NCBI RefSeq assembly: GCF_000143415.4 | Contig: NW_003314358.1 | Location: 10,001 to 74,000 of the forward strand | Direction of reading: 5' to 3' | DNA length: 64,000 nt | Origin: Selaginella moellendorffii | Taxonomy: Eukaryota > Plantae > Lycopodiophyta | In this document: positions 12,638-24,934 of the stretch, in pieces | Layout: each line of letters begins with the position of its first letter | Position numbering within the stretch: position 1 is the first letter of the stretch | The notes under the pieces: generated by a model | Database searches by the model: none | Seen by the model: the letters and a program-made list of their open reading frames with translations, nothing else | What the model was told of the DNA's origin: nothing | Position numbers and translations under genes: made by a program

Positions 12638-15051
12638 ATGGATCGCCCGCTCGCATTTCGTTTCGTGGCTCTTGTGGATCGAGCCAAGACTCCCCGCAGC
12701 TTGCAGTGCCATCTCGGGGGCTCTTGTTTGCGCTTGCTCCGTAGATCTTCCAAGCGAGGAAAGCAAAATGCGTGCTGCTGCTGCTGCTGCCTTGGGCCGG
12801 AAGCTCCCGACAAGGTCCGCTCGTCTCACATCGACGAGGTGGATACGAAGATCACGCCGCACGATGGTGGTGTTGACGCTGCTTCTCCCACGAGTAGAGG
12901 AGAAGAGAATGCAAAGATTGCCACAGCAACAAGCCTGAGCGGCGCCACCAACATGCTCGACCAGATGCGGCAGATTTTCACGTTTGCTGGGCCAGCGCTG
13001 GGGATCTGGTTGTCCGGCCCGATCATGAGCCTCATCGACACCAGTGTTATCGGGACTAGCAGCTCCTTGGAGCTCGCAGCTCTTGGTAAGCCATTTTCTT
13101 CACGTTGATCATGGATTCTTTTTCTCTTTTCTATAGGACCTGGGACTGTTCTTTGCGATGGTTTATCCTACTTGTTTATGTTCTTGTCTGTGGCGACGTC
13201 CAACTTGATCGCAACATCTCTTGCTCACAAGGTTTGCTTGTTGAGAGTTTGTTCTTTTGATGATAGGCTCTCTTTTTTTTTTTTTCCTCTTTTTTTGTTT
13301 TTCAGGATAGGGATGCTGCTGCAAACCACTTGGCGAGGCTTTTGTTCGTCGCCCTTGCTTGTGGTGTGGGCATGCTCGTCATTTCCGAGCTTTCTTCTTC
13401 ATCTGTACTTCGATGTACAACTTCGGTTTGCTTTCCCTGCTGCGATCATCAGCCTTTACGTTTTTTTCACTCCTTCCTTCTCTTGGTTTATTTGCAGTGT
13501 TTGTTGGAGAGAAGAACTTGGCACTCGTTCCTGCAGCTGCGAGCTACGTTAACGTAAAAACTTCAAAGTTTCCGCGACTGTTTTATTCTTTCGTTCAACT
13601 CTCGATCTTTAGATAAGAGCATTGGCCTGGCCCGTGGTTCTCCTCGGAATGGTTGCCCAGAGTGCAAGGTTGGTTGATCTTTAATCTTTCGTTGGTTTTT
13701 GTTTTTTATCTTCGTTTTTTTTTTTTTTTCCTGTCCTAGTCTGGGTATGCAGGACTCGTGGAGCCCCTTGAAAGCACTGCTGGTTGCAAGCGTCGTGAAT
13801 GGCGCTGGGGATGTTTTGCTGTGTACATTTCTCGGTTATGGAATCGCTGGTGCTGCATGGGCGACTTCGCTGTCTCAGGTCTGGTGGGTCTGTTTTATGC
13901 CAAGTTTTTCTTTTCTCATGCTTCATGGACGCCAGTATGTTGCAGGATTTCTCATGCTCAAGGCCTTGAAAGCAAAGGATTATGATCCCCTGGCAGTGGC
14001 CGTGCCACGGATGAAAGATCTCGCACTCATGATCGAGATTACTGCTCCACTTCTTCTAACCATGCTTTCCAAGGTGTATAAACTTTTTTTTGTGAGCTAA
14101 AACTTTAAAACTGATCGCGTTTCAGGTATGTTTCTACACAGCTATCACATACTTTGCCACTTCTCTGGGAGCAATCACACTAGGAGCACATCAGGTTTTG
14201 GATCTCTCCTTCTTTTTATTTAATTTGGAATGGATTTTCTCCAGGTTATGGTTGGACTATTTATTCTCTTCTCAGTTTGTGGCGAGCCATTGGGTCAAAC
14301 AGCACAATCTTTCATGCCAGAGCTGATCTCTGGAAGAAACCGTGATATAAAACAGGTTTGCAAAGAAAAATGAAGAACAAAAACAAAACTGTCCATTCTT
14401 TCTCACAGGCACAAACATTGCTTCGATCACTCCTCGTCACTGGAGCAGTTTTTGGACTCGCGTTAGCCATCACCGGAGGCTCGGTTGCGTTGTTAGCCCC
14501 GCAGCTCTTCACCAAAGATTCGGCAATCGTGAAACAGGTCGCACTGTTTCTTCTTGTTTTCTTTGACGGTGAAACACTTTTTTGCAGATGCACTCGCTGT
14601 TGCTGCCATTTTTTTGGAGCATTTTAGTGACTCCATCTACACTTGCAGTGGAAGGAACTCTTCTGGTATGTAATAAAAATTTCTCCACAGCACTCGCTTT
14701 GTAGATTAATTCAGATGGTTGTTCAGGCTGGAAGAGACTATAAGTACCTGGGCTTTGGCACCGCTTGCTGCTTTGCTTGTGGAAGCGTGTTTATGCTGGT
14801 AAGTAGAAGTTTCTCTCTCTTGAGCTAACTGGTTGGATCATGGGTTTTCAGCTCTTTCACAAGCTCGGATTCGGCCTAAATAGCTGCTGGTGGATTTTGT
14901 TCCTCTTTCTATCGGTAGTACTTCTTCATTTCTTGAAGATGATCATGATTGCATTGTGTTTTTCTCGCAGGCCCGTTTTGGCTTATCATTCTCCCGGCTC
15001 ATCTCATCCAAAAGCATTCTGCGATCAGCTTCTTCTATATACTCGACTTGA
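12638..15051 (+). CDS. DTX46: MATE efflux transporter, plastid-type DTX46/EDS5 subfamily (multi-exon)
   Basis: Exons join to ...[35 protein letters not shown]|[29 protein letters not shown]...[29 protein letters not shown]...[13 protein letters not shown]...[16 protein letters not shown]...[18 protein letters not shown]-terminal transit-like extension; short GT-AG introns (first 13086-13136); stop TGA 15049-15051. Confidence 0.92.
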
Positions 15052-15515
15052 AAGCTAAGAACCTACCAGGTGCCATAAGAGAGATTAAATCGCACCTTCT
15101 TGCAACATTTTACTTGCCAGTAGAATATACTTAAATTATGCCATGATTATCGATCAAATATTTAACATCTTGCGTTGTAGTAAGGCATTGCAACCAAAAA
15201 TAAAAAAGAAAAAAGGGAACAAAATGCTCTATCAACAATTATGTAATATAAAAACAAATTAAGCTCCTTGCTTGGGAGCATATAAAGGTGTTTTTACTGC
15301 CAAGAGGATTTCTTTTTCATAGGAACATTTCTCTACATTATCAAGAGCTATAATCTTGTACAGCGAAGAGTACCATACATATCAAACTGAAAGAAATATC
15401 AAAAGAAAAAAAATATGATCTGAGTCATAATCATATATTATTGTCGATATTTTAATTATTTTTAGCAAAAAAATGCTAAGTTTTCCCTTATTTTCTCTTA
15501 TAATTATTTTTCCCA

Positions 15516-15661
15516 TTTTGGGTTTGCTTAAATAAACCTGTAGGGGATTGAGATGGTAGTGGATATACCTAAAATATGCTTATATATTCTAGGATATTCT
15601 ACCATCTAATGGTTGTTATTCATTTAGATTAATTTTGTATTTATAATTTATAAACATGTTT
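15516..15661 (+). mobile_element. Helentron/HINE-like non-autonomous element, 5' part (split by the gypsy insertion)
   Basis: 5' subterminal ggtttgcttaa followed by a partial inverted repeat; homologous to 32325-32460. Confidence 0.55.
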
Positions 15662-15836
15662 TGTGATGGCTAAGTGTACGGCTACGATGCCGTATACTAA
15701 TATTAGCATAATGGGATTTTGGTAGCCGTCGGATTGGTTTCAATCTGGACCATTTGCTCCTATATATAAGTTAGGGTTTTTGGGCTAATTGATATGCACA
15801 TTTCTATATTCTTTTTCCATATTCCAGGCACTCACA
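15662..15836 (+). repeat. 5' LTR
   Basis: tgtgatggct...cactcaca; roughly 87% identical by eye to the 3' LTR, mostly transitions. Confidence 0.95.
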
Positions 15837-15837
15837 T

Positions 15838-15857
15838 TGGTGGAGATGAGGGGCACC
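15838..15857 (+). promoter_or_regulatory. Primer binding site complementary to tRNA-Ala 3' end
   Basis: TGGTGGAGATGAGGGGCACC vs the tRNA-Ala complement TGGTGGAGATGCGGGG, 1 nt after the LTR. Confidence 0.75.
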
Positions 15858-16116
15858 TTTGATTGTCCCTGGGGAGTGCTTGGATTTGGGATTTCGGTTT
15901 AGATTTCGCTTTTGCATCATCTAGATCCAACTTTTTCCATTCGGTTTAGATCTCACTTTTGCATTGTCTAGATCCAGCTTTTTTCATTTCCTTTTTCTTA
16001 TTCTTTCTTTTCAGGATTTTGGTTTAGATATAGCTTTTTGCATTGTCTAGATCTACCACTTCCTTCCAGCTTTTTGTCATTTCTCTTCTTTTGCTCTTTC
16101 TTTTTCGTTCATCTTC

Positions 16117-19100
16117 ATGGCCGATCAGCAATCTCCTCCTTTGACTCTAGAGCAGCAGTTGGTTCAATTGCTTGATGCTATGCACTTGCAATTGAACAAC
16201 CAAACTCAATTGATGGTGGCATTCATGGCACGTGGTCCAACTCCTCCTACTCTTGGTGTCAATCCTTACGTTCGGCCAGAGTTCTTTCGTGGGAATCCTG
16301 GGGATGATATGTACCATTGGTTCGATCACTTCACGGTGATTGCCATATATCATTCTTGGGATGATGCTCGACGTTTGCGTGAGTTCCCCACATGTCTCCA
16401 AGGGACGGCGTTGCAGTGGTATAATGGATTGAGCGCAGCCACTCGTGGCGATTGGAGTGTTCTTCCGGATGTCTTCAAACGCACCTTCGGACACGCCGAC
16501 GATTGTGATGATACCTTCCAACAATTGCATCGTCTTCGCCAAGGGCCATTTGAGTCGGTGATGCAATTTGGCGTTCGTTTCTGAAGTCTTTTGCTTCGTG
16601 CGAAGCCCAATATGTCGGAGTGGATCAAGCTAGGAATGTTGTGGCCAGCACTTCATCAAGATCTTGTCGGACTTGTGCATGCACTTGCTCCTGCCACCCT
16701 TGACGATGCTCTTTGCTTGGCACAACATTATGAGACATTGCCTCTTCCACTTCTCACTCCACATCCTTCAGCTCCACTTCCTATGAGTGATGGTCCTGTT
16801 CCAATGGAGGTTGATGCTGCTGCTACTCGAGTCCAAAGACAAAGGCAAGGCCATGGTCATGGCCGTGATGTTCGTTGTTGAGCGTGTGATGAAGTTGGTC
16901 ATACTTATCGGTGTTGTCGGCGCTTTCCGGATTGGTGACCTCCATTTCCTGGGTGGAGACCTTGGCATCAGCAACGTCCCGTTGGTGCTGCTGCGGTGGA
17001 AGGTTTGGACACCGAGGTGCATCCGGGAAACGAGGAGTCACACGAGTAATGGAGGGACTTTGTGCGAATAAGTTAGTGACCCCTCCATCTTTCTTTCGAG
17101 AGTATCATCAAGGGGTTCACTCGGCACCAGTTCATCCAGTGTTTACTTTCCAAGCTCGTTTTTATAACAAGAGGTCTCCTATTCTTCTCTCCGTGTTGGT
17201 TGATACAGGTTCGAGTTTATCTTCTATTGCTTGATCTGTTGCCACACGTTGTCGTCTACACTTACGTCGTGCAGCGGATCCAGTTTTCATTCTTTATGGC
17301 AACGGCTGTACACATGCATGTGCACGAGATGAGGTGAACCTAGTTGTGCGTGTGGGCAATTTTGAGCTTGAGTTGCAGTCGTTGCGGGTGGTGCCGAGTC
17401 AAGCTTTTGACCTCATTTTTGGTATGGATTGGTTGCAATGCAATCATGCCAAGTGTGACTTTGAGGCTTTTCCCCCTTGTCTCATACTTCCTTATGTTTT
17501 ATTCATTCCTCTCACTTCCGTACCTCTTCGTCCCTCTACTTCTACCTCTGCTTCCATTACTTTTGTTCCCCCACTATTTCCTCTTGTGTTTTCATCTTGT
17601 TCTGCTTTTCCCTTTTCCGATCCCTCCAATGATCTTTGTGTTGCAGCTATTGACCGGCTCATGAAGGAGTATTCTGATCTCTTTGAATTTGACATATCGT
17701 CTGGGGCCAAGATTACCACACGTCATCCCATTCCAACCGGGGATGCTCATCCAATCAAGGTTCCTGTTCGTCATCGGTCACCCAAGGAGATCAAGATTTT
17801 ACGTGCAAACGTCAAAGAGATGTTGGAGAAGGGTGTTATTCAGAAGTCGTGGAGTCCTTGGGCATATGAACCTCATCTTGTGACAAAGCCTGATGGGAGT
17901 ATTCGTTTCTGCATTGACTATCGTCCGTTAAATGAAGTGACGATCCCGGATGTGTACCTTCTTCCTCACACTGCTGACCTCTTGGATCGTTTAGGGCGAA
18001 GTCGTTGGTTCACCAAGTTAGATCTTGCTTTTGGGTACTGGCAAGTACCGATGGCCGACGAAGATATTCCTAAGACTGTTTTTCGTACACCATTTGGTTT
18101 GTACGAGTTCTTGGTGATGCTGTTTGGTTTGAACAATGCTCTAGCAACTTTCCAGCGGATGATGGACGAGGTTCTTTGTGATATGCTAGAGGTGACTGCT
18201 GACTTCATTGATGATGTCTTGATTCACTCGGAGGGGACGTGGGCGGAGCACATTCGTGATGTGTGTAAAGTGTTGGATTGGCTACGAGATGTTGGTTTAA
18301 AGCTGAAGCGGTCGAAGTGCGTGTTTGGGTCCAAGGACACAATTTATCTTGGGTACCGTATTTCTTGTGAGGGTTTGCAAGTTGATCCTGACAAACTTGT
18401 AGCTGTTCTAAAGTTCCCTACTCCGAAGTGTGTGAATGATGTGCAGCGCTTCCTGGGCAAGGTGCAGTATCTCGGTCATTTTGTGGATCATCTTTTTTAT
18501 CACACTGCACCGTTGTGAGCGTTGCTGAAGTCATCAACATCATCTTTCATCTGGTCTTCAGATTGTGAGTGGGCATTTGTGGATCTTAAAGAGCTGTTGA
18601 CGACTTCTCCGGTTTTGGCATATCCTGACTACACTTGACCTTTTATTTTGCGCGTTGATGCTTCTGATATTGGTCTTGGAGGTGTGTTGATGCAAGAGAG
18701 CCCAAGTGTGCCTGGTCAACGTCATCCCATTGCATATATAAGCCGTACGTTACAACCAGTAGAGGTGAACTACTCCACGACAGAGAATGAGTGTTTAGCG
18801 GCAGTTTAGGGTTTTGAGAAACTTCATGCATATCTACATGGTTTTCGGACGTTACTTGAAGGTGACCATGCTGCCGTTATTTCATTATTGAAGCGAAAGA
18901 ACCTGGTTGGTCGTACTGCTCGGTGGGCTTTAAAGCTTCAAATATATGATTTTGATGTTGTTCATCACCCAAGGAGTTCTATGGCTAATGCTGATGCCCT
19001 TTCTCAAACTCCTCTTCCTTCTCCACTCTCTTCTCATGTTTCTGATGAGCCTGTTGTTCTAGCATCTGTGGATTTTCTAGACGAGGATTTTGTGCCATTG

Positions 19101-20494
19101 ATGGTTGTTGTACTTGATGTTCAGTGTCCACAAGACGCAGAGCAAGTTCTACCTTCTCTGGATGATATTCGCGAGGCTCAAAAGATTGAGCCGTGGATTC
19201 GAAGGCTTCGAGATATGTTTGAGGATCCTGCATCACTTGCTGATGACTTGCCTTTCCGGCATTTACATTCTCAATATCGCCTTGAAGATGGCCTTCTTTA
19301 TTTTATGGGGACGGATCCTGATGATCATTTACGGCTGGTGGTGCCTTCTGTCTTTATTCCGCAGTTTCTCCATGCTTACCATGATTCTCCTATTTTATGT
19401 GGGCATATGGGACATCGTCGTGTGACTGAGAAGCTGCGCAGGTCTTTCTATTGGCCAGGGATGCGACGTGATGTTATCCGGTATGTGTGTAGCTGCATTT
19501 GGTGCCAAGCTCGTAATACTCCCCCTTGTGCTACGGAAGGATAGTTGGAGTCAATTGCAGTTTCCTGTCCGTTTGAGTTGGTGGCGTTTGATCTTATGGG
19601 ACATTTTCCATGGTCGACTGCTAGCAATGAATATGTTATTATTGCTTCTGACTACTTGACTCGTTGGGTGGAAGTTGGTGCTCTTGCTAGTGCCTCTGCA
19701 ACTACTATTGGATACTTTCTCTTCAATCGAGTGGTGTTCCAACATTCTTGTCCAGAGCGGATTCTTTCGGATAATGGTCCTGCATTTATGGCTGAGGTAT
19801 TTCATGTTTTGACATCTCGGTTGGGGATATGCCACACTTTTACGAGTGCTTATCATCCACAATCAGACGGTCTGGTGGAACAGCTCATTCGGACATTCAA
19901 AAGGAGGATTGCAAAGTATGTGAACTTTCAGTATTTAGATTGGGATGGTTATCTCTTCGGTATGCCTATGTCACAGGGGTGCAAAGTTCTGTTGGTGCTT
20001 CACCATATAAACTTCTATATGGTCATAATCCAATATTACCAACGGAGCTAGGTTTACCTTCGCAATTGCCACGAGCTTCTGATACTAAGTCATGGGATCA
20101 ATATTTGACAAACATTCTTCCACTTGTCCAAGCAGAGTCTGCCGAACACTTAGGCCGCGTACAAATGGGACAACAACGGCACTACAACTTCCATCATCGT
20201 CCATCTGCAAAGTACAAAGTGGATGATTTGGTGTTAGTCCGTTTTCCCCATCTTACGGTACATGGTTTATCTAAGGGGCTCTTTGCACAGTGGAAAGGAC
20301 CATATCGGGTGTTGCGGCAAGTTGAACCGCAAATTTATGAGGTTCGGCATGACGTTCAGCAGGCTGATCCTTCGGAGATTGTGCATGTGCAGCGGTTGAA
20401 ACACTTTATACAAAGGGATCAGGAGCAGTTAAATCCGCCGATGCCTCCTCCTGACGTTCCTCCAGATCCCGGCCCATCTACAAGAGAACCCTAA
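16117..20494 (+). pseudogene. gag-pol of the Ty3/gypsy element
   Basis: ORF fragments 16117-16584, 16591-16881, 16911-17234, 17334-18518, 18888-19544, 19545-20051, 19829-20494 in Gag-PR-RT-RH-IN order. Confidence 0.93.
17025..17088 (+). promoter_or_regulatory. Putative -1 ribosomal frameshift signal (G_GGA_AAC plus H-type pseudoknot)
   Basis: Gag frame ends HPGNEESHE*; the pol frame is -1 (SGKRGVTRV...LVDTGSS). Stem1 17039-17047/17057-17064; loop ATGGAGGG pairs with CCCTCCAT 17081-17088. Confidence 0.7.
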
Positions 20495-20526
20495 TAGCCT
20501 TCCATTATTCCAAGAGGAGGGGATGA

Positions 20527-20701
20527 TGTGAGGGCCAAGTGTACAGCTACGATGCCGTATATTAATATCAGCGTAGTGGGATTTTGGTAGCCGTCGGATT
20601 AGTTTCAATTCGGACCACTCGCTCCTGTATATAATCCATGGTTTTTGGGCTAATTGATATGCACATTTTTGTATTCCCTTTCTATATTCCAAGCACTCAC
20701 A
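20527..20701 (+). repeat. 3' LTR
   Basis: tgtgagggcc...cactcaca preceded by PPT aagaggaggggatga and followed by TSD gttt. Confidence 0.95.
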
Positions 20702-20900
20702 GTTTATAATTTATAAACTTTTTTAAACCCTTCTTAGTATATTATTTTTTATTCTATCATCTAATATTTGATATGAAATAAGACTAATTTTGTATTTATA
20801 AATTACAAACATGCTTATAATACAAACTTTATTTCATTGAATAACACTACTATTAAGCAAACAAAGTGTTGCTACATGCAACATGTAGCAATTTATTATT
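20702..20900 (+). mobile_element. Helentron/HINE-like element, 3' part
   Basis: 3' subTIR ttaagcaaac (20853) then hairpin ttgctacatg-caa-catgtagcaa (20869-20891) and a T-rich end; homologous to 32460-32646. Confidence 0.55.
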
Positions 20901-21763
20901 CCATCTTAATTTTATTATGGTGAAAAAGTATAAATCCTAGTGCAACGCTATCCTTCCATTTAGATGGGTTGACTTCAGTTTTAATGGAATTTGGATTTCC
21001 TTTGGATTCGAAGACTGGATTTCCAAAATAAACTACATATTACTATCATACTTAGTTAATCTTGCTCATGAAATTTGCAGTACATACCTGGCTTCTAATG
21101 TCCACTTCATTGACTACAATAGAAGGACCAGGATCCAAAGGCCTTCTTTGCTTGTATCTTGGCCTTGTTAGCTACAAAACAAAGAAAGGAGTACCTCCAT
21201 CACAAAAACATTCAAAAGAAGCAAGTACCTGGCATCACTTGCGCACCAGAACAGTCGTAATCTCCAGCTTTCAAAAACTGGCAGCAGGGTATTGACAATG
21301 GGGAATCCTGTTTACCAAGAAATTGGAAATCTGCGGGCATGCACTACATCCAATTGCTCTTTCCTGGGCTTTTTGTCTGGGGCGTAGTCATGGCGTTTGG
21401 TTCAGCTGCACTGTAAATGGAAGCCAAATAGCGCAACATGGACCATAATTCTCGATGCATGGAAGAAAACATACACATGTTGATGTGATTAAGCACATCC
21501 TCCTGTTTGAGAGCGGTTTTGGTGGCCAAATACCGTCAACATGGACCACGATCTCGACGCATGGACACTTGAGGAAAAACTTTATGTGATGACTCACATC
21601 CTCCTGTTTGAGAGCGTTTTCGGTGATAAGTGTGGCTTAAGTGAGCGTTTACCATATCTAGCGTTAAACATATAAAACTAATTAATGCAATTAACCGTAC
21701 ATATATTATTTATGCAATGTTTCACATTGTGATGTTCATCAGAACCATTTAAGGTAATTCCAC

Positions 21764-22087
21764 TCAGCACTGGAGATCGTTATTGGAAATGTTGCATCCA
21801 GTCATGAGATCGTTTGCAGGCGGGCAGTATCCACCGATATAGCAGCTGCGGCGATCCCTGCCTGGCTGCACGAATAACCCACACAAACAATTAGGGGACT
21901 CCTGCTTGATCCTTGCAATTGTTGCACAGCACTTTTCCAATGATGGAATGCCATCCTTCGTGCAGCTGGCTGTTATCTGTTCTTCACATTGGGCTTGATT
22001 AAGTACGGCGGCAGTGGTGCTCGTGAAGAAGAAGAATACAGACGCGGTCATGAAGAACACAAGCTTATAAGTGATAGAAATTGCCAT
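21764..22087 (-). CDS. Secreted 8-cysteine-motif protein (nsLTP/prolamin superfamily), 107 aa
   Basis: Hydrophobic signal peptide, C..C..CC..CxC..C..C scaffold with two extra Cys; TATA-like TATATAATAA about 60 bp upstream. Confidence 0.8.
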   Translation of the reverse strand: MAISITYKLVFFMTASVFFFFTSTTAAVLNQAQCEEQITASCTKDGIPSLEKCCATIARIKQESPNCLCGLFVQPGRDRRSCYIGGYCPPANDLMTGCNISNNDLQC

Positions 22088-22634
22088 CGTTGTAAAGTGA
22101 TTTGAGGCAAAAGCTGGAGTGGAGTGCAGTAGTGAGGGGCCTTATTATATAGCTCAAGATTTGGATGAGCAAACAAGTCACTAGAAGATGAACTTCCATG
22201 GCAGTTTTCTGGGTGTTTGATTGTTCGTGTCAGGATCGATAATTCCTGACAAATGCGAATCTGCACGAGGCACTCAAAGACGAAGGCAGCGACAATTGTA
22301 CCCTGGACAAAATCGGGCATGTGGCGGGGTGAATGCTCAAAGCTATGAAAAATCTTTTTTTTTTTTCTTTTTTACCTTGGGGATGGCAAAGTTTGATTGG
22401 CACCTAGCGTCCGTGGCAGGGCCGGGATCGTCGTGGTCTTGGATCCTGGAAAGGAAAAAAAACATGTATCAATATTAGAAAGAGATATCACACCTTTGTT
22501 CTTGTTTACGTGCTTGTTGGTCACTGGAGATCCCGCTCAAAACTCAAGCAGGATTGAAACTATCACTTACCTTTCCAAAAAGCTGCACAAAAAGAACAAA
22601 AGAACTTAAGAAAATCTGTTGTTACCATTGATTG

Positions 22635-24806
22635 TCACCAAAACTCTCGGCAGGAGCAGCATCCATCCTCAAACAGATGGAACCGAACCGCGTCTCTGCA
22701 GATGATAGCTCGCCGCTCGAGCTTGGAGATGATCGACGTGACTCGGTGGCAGTCTTCGCAAACGCGGAGGTTTTTTATGATCCTGATCGCCGTCCCCGCT
22801 CGTGTGTTGATGAGAGCGCAGCAAATCGCTAGTCTCTCGCTGTGTCCGCACAGTGCCGACTCCTTCTCGTTGTCTGGAAGAGCTCGAAGGACACAGTCGA
22901 GGTTGGGAGTGTAGCCCGCTTCTTCCTTGATTCTGGATTGGAGTTCTCCGAGCTTTGCAAGGATCTGCTCGTTTTGGTGGTGAGTAGTGTCCCCGACGAC
23001 GAACCTGTGGACTTTTCCGGCACTGTCAATCCACCAGCTTTGTCCAAGCTTCTTCCAACACCGAGCTTCTTTCCTCATTGTCTCCACCCGAGCGAAATCC
23101 TCCCACAAACCAGCAGCAGCGTACGTGTTCGCCATGAGCAAATAGGCCGCATCGTCTTTATCGTCCAGCCTCAGTATCGACTCAAACGCAAGGCGGCCAA
23201 CACTTACATTCTTCCACTTCCTTGCAGCGCTTAGAACCGTCCTCCATGCCACCAAAGTTGGCTTGTAAGGCATGCTGTGGAGTGCTGATAGTGCTTGTTC
23301 CAGCTGATTCCCACGGCCGAGAAGATCTATCACGCAGATATAGTGCTCAAGGCTAGGAGAGATTGAATGAACCGTGTTCATCGCCTCGAAGTATCTCTTT
23401 CCTAGATCCACAAGCCCGGCATGGCTGCAGACCGTGAGCACCGAGAGATAAGTGACTCCGTTTGGTTGCACGCGCTCCTTTTGCATTCTCTCGAATAGCT
23501 CAAACACTTGCTTAGAATCTCCTTGATGGCTATACCCAGCGATCAAAGCGGTCCATGAAACCATGTCCTTCTGCCCAATGGAATCAAACACCTGCTTAGC
23601 ATCGTCCATGCTTCCACATTTTGCATAAAAGGTGACGAGAGAATTCGCCAAGAGCACATCTTTCTCCAGTAAGCTACCAGAAACTTGTGCATGAATCCTT
23701 CTCCCGGCTTCTAATGCAGCAATACTTCCACAAGCTCGCAATGCCGCCATGAAAAGCCGAGTGTCCGCTACAAAGCCTTCGTCTTCCATGCGCTTGAAGA
23801 GCTCAAGGGCGAGCTCTCCTTCATCGCTCTGAGAGTATCCATTGATGAGAGCGTCCCATGAGACAAGGCTGTGGCTTGGCATTCTCTCAAACACCCTGCG
23901 TGCTTCCACCATGCTCCCACACTTGCAATACATATCCAGCAGTGTATTCGCTACAAAAATTTCTGCCTCGTATCCTCTCAAAGAAAGCTTGGCGTGGAGA
24001 ACTCTTCCTTTCTCTAAATTTGCAGTTTTTACCACCTTTCCCTTCACCATTTTTCCAACTTCTTTCTCTCCAATATCAATGCAAGCCTTCAGCGTCGCAA
24101 TGAAAACCTGTGAGTCAGGATCACAACCTTCCTCCTCCATGCGAGAGAACATCGCTAGAGCTGTCTCTCCCTGTCCATTATACGCATAACCAAGAATCAA
24201 AGCTCCCCAAGTCACCACATTTCGACAAACCATTCCCTCGAAAACAATTCTCGCATCTTCGACGCTCCCCAGCTTTGAGTACATATCCACCAAGGAATTC
24301 GCAACATAGAGGTTGGATTCGTGACCATCTTTTCTCAGCTGATCATGAATCGATTTCCCCTTTTCTAGCCAGATCCCATTGCTCGTAGATTTGTCTTCTC
24401 GATCGTGGCAGTCATCCTTCACTGCCAAGCTCGAGCACGCGTTCAAAGCAGCAACGAAGAGCATGGAGTCCGGCTGACAACTTCCCTCTTCCTGGATCCT
24501 CTGGAATAACTCCACAGCTAAACTCCCCTCTCCATTCTGGGAATAGCCCCCGATCAAAACGCTCCAAGAGACAAGGCTGTGATGCGGCATTGTGTCGAAG
24601 ATCCGGCGAGCATCCACCAGGCTGCCGCATCTAGCATACATCGCAATGAGAGTGTTGGCGACGAAGATGTGCCTGTCCTTCCCACACTGGATCAAGTCGC
24701 GATGTATCTTCATACCTGTATGGAGATCCTTGGAGCCGCGGCAGTTCTTGAGAGCAGCAAGAAACTCGGGGATGCTGGCCGCCGCGGCATTCTTGAGCGC
24801 CTTCAT
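22635..24806 (-). CDS. PLS-class pentatricopeptide repeat protein with E/E+/DYW domain (organellar C-to-U RNA editing factor)
   Basis: Intronless 723 aa; repeated P/L/S motifs (LIAMYARCGSL.DAR.IFD.M...VSW); PG-box-like KKLGQSWW; HSERLAI, KNLRVCEDCH and terminal CSCREFW. Confidence 0.96.
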   Translation of the reverse strand: MKALKNAAAASIPEFLAALKNCRGSKDLHTGMKIHRDLIQCGKDRHIFVANTLIAMYARCGSLVDARRIFDTMPHHSLVSWSVLIGGYSQNGEGSLAVELFQRIQEEGSCQPDSMLFVAALNACSSLAVKDDCHDREDKSTSNGIWLEKGKSIHDQLRKDGHESNLYVANSLVDMYSKLGSVEDARIVFEGMVCRNVVTWGALILGYAYNGQGETALAMFSRMEEEGCDPDSQVFIATLKACIDIGEKEVGKMVKGKVVKTANLEKGRVLHAKLSLRGYEAEIFVANTLLDMYCKCGSMVEARRVFERMPSHSLVSWDALINGYSQSDEGELALELFKRMEDEGFVADTRLFMAALRACGSIAALEAGRRIHAQVSGSLLEKDVLLANSLVTFYAKCGSMDDAKQVFDSIGQKDMVSWTALIAGYSHQGDSKQVFELFERMQKERVQPNGVTYLSVLTVCSHAGLVDLGKRYFEAMNTVHSISPSLEHYICVIDLLGRGNQLEQALSALHSMPYKPTLVAWRTVLSAARKWKNVSVGRLAFESILRLDDKDDAAYLLMANTYAAAGLWEDFARVETMRKEARCWKKLGQSWWIDSAGKVHRFVVGDTTHHQNEQILAKLGELQSRIKEEAGYTPNLDCVLRALPDNEKESALCGHSERLAICCALINTRAGTAIRIIKNLRVCEDCHRVTSIISKLERRAIICRDAVRFHLFEDGCCSCREFW

Positions 24807-24934
24807 GAAAACGCGATGGAGGATTCATCGCCGCGGAGCCAGATCTCGCGTCGCCGCGCCCGTCACGATCCATCATCGCAGCCGCATTGGCAAAATTTAG
24901 AACATAGGATAAACCCCAAGAACCCTAATTTTCG

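Larger units (their letters stand above)
15662..20701 (+). mobile_element. Full-length decayed Ty3/gypsy LTR retrotransposon (no chromodomain)
   Basis: 175-bp LTRs TG...CA at 15662-15836 and 20527-20701; PBS 15838-15857; PPT 20512-20526; 4-bp TSD GTTT. Gag from 16117 with CX2CX4HX4C; PR LVDTGSS; RT ..RFCIDYR..FIDDVLI; RNase H; IN HHCC, DNG and GPY motifs. Many stops. Confidence 0.96.

Noticed and set aside
21050-21620. Possible spliced minus-strand gene remnant and roughly 100-bp degenerate duplication
   Set aside because: Splice-like signals are present but there is no recognisable product or coherent ORF.
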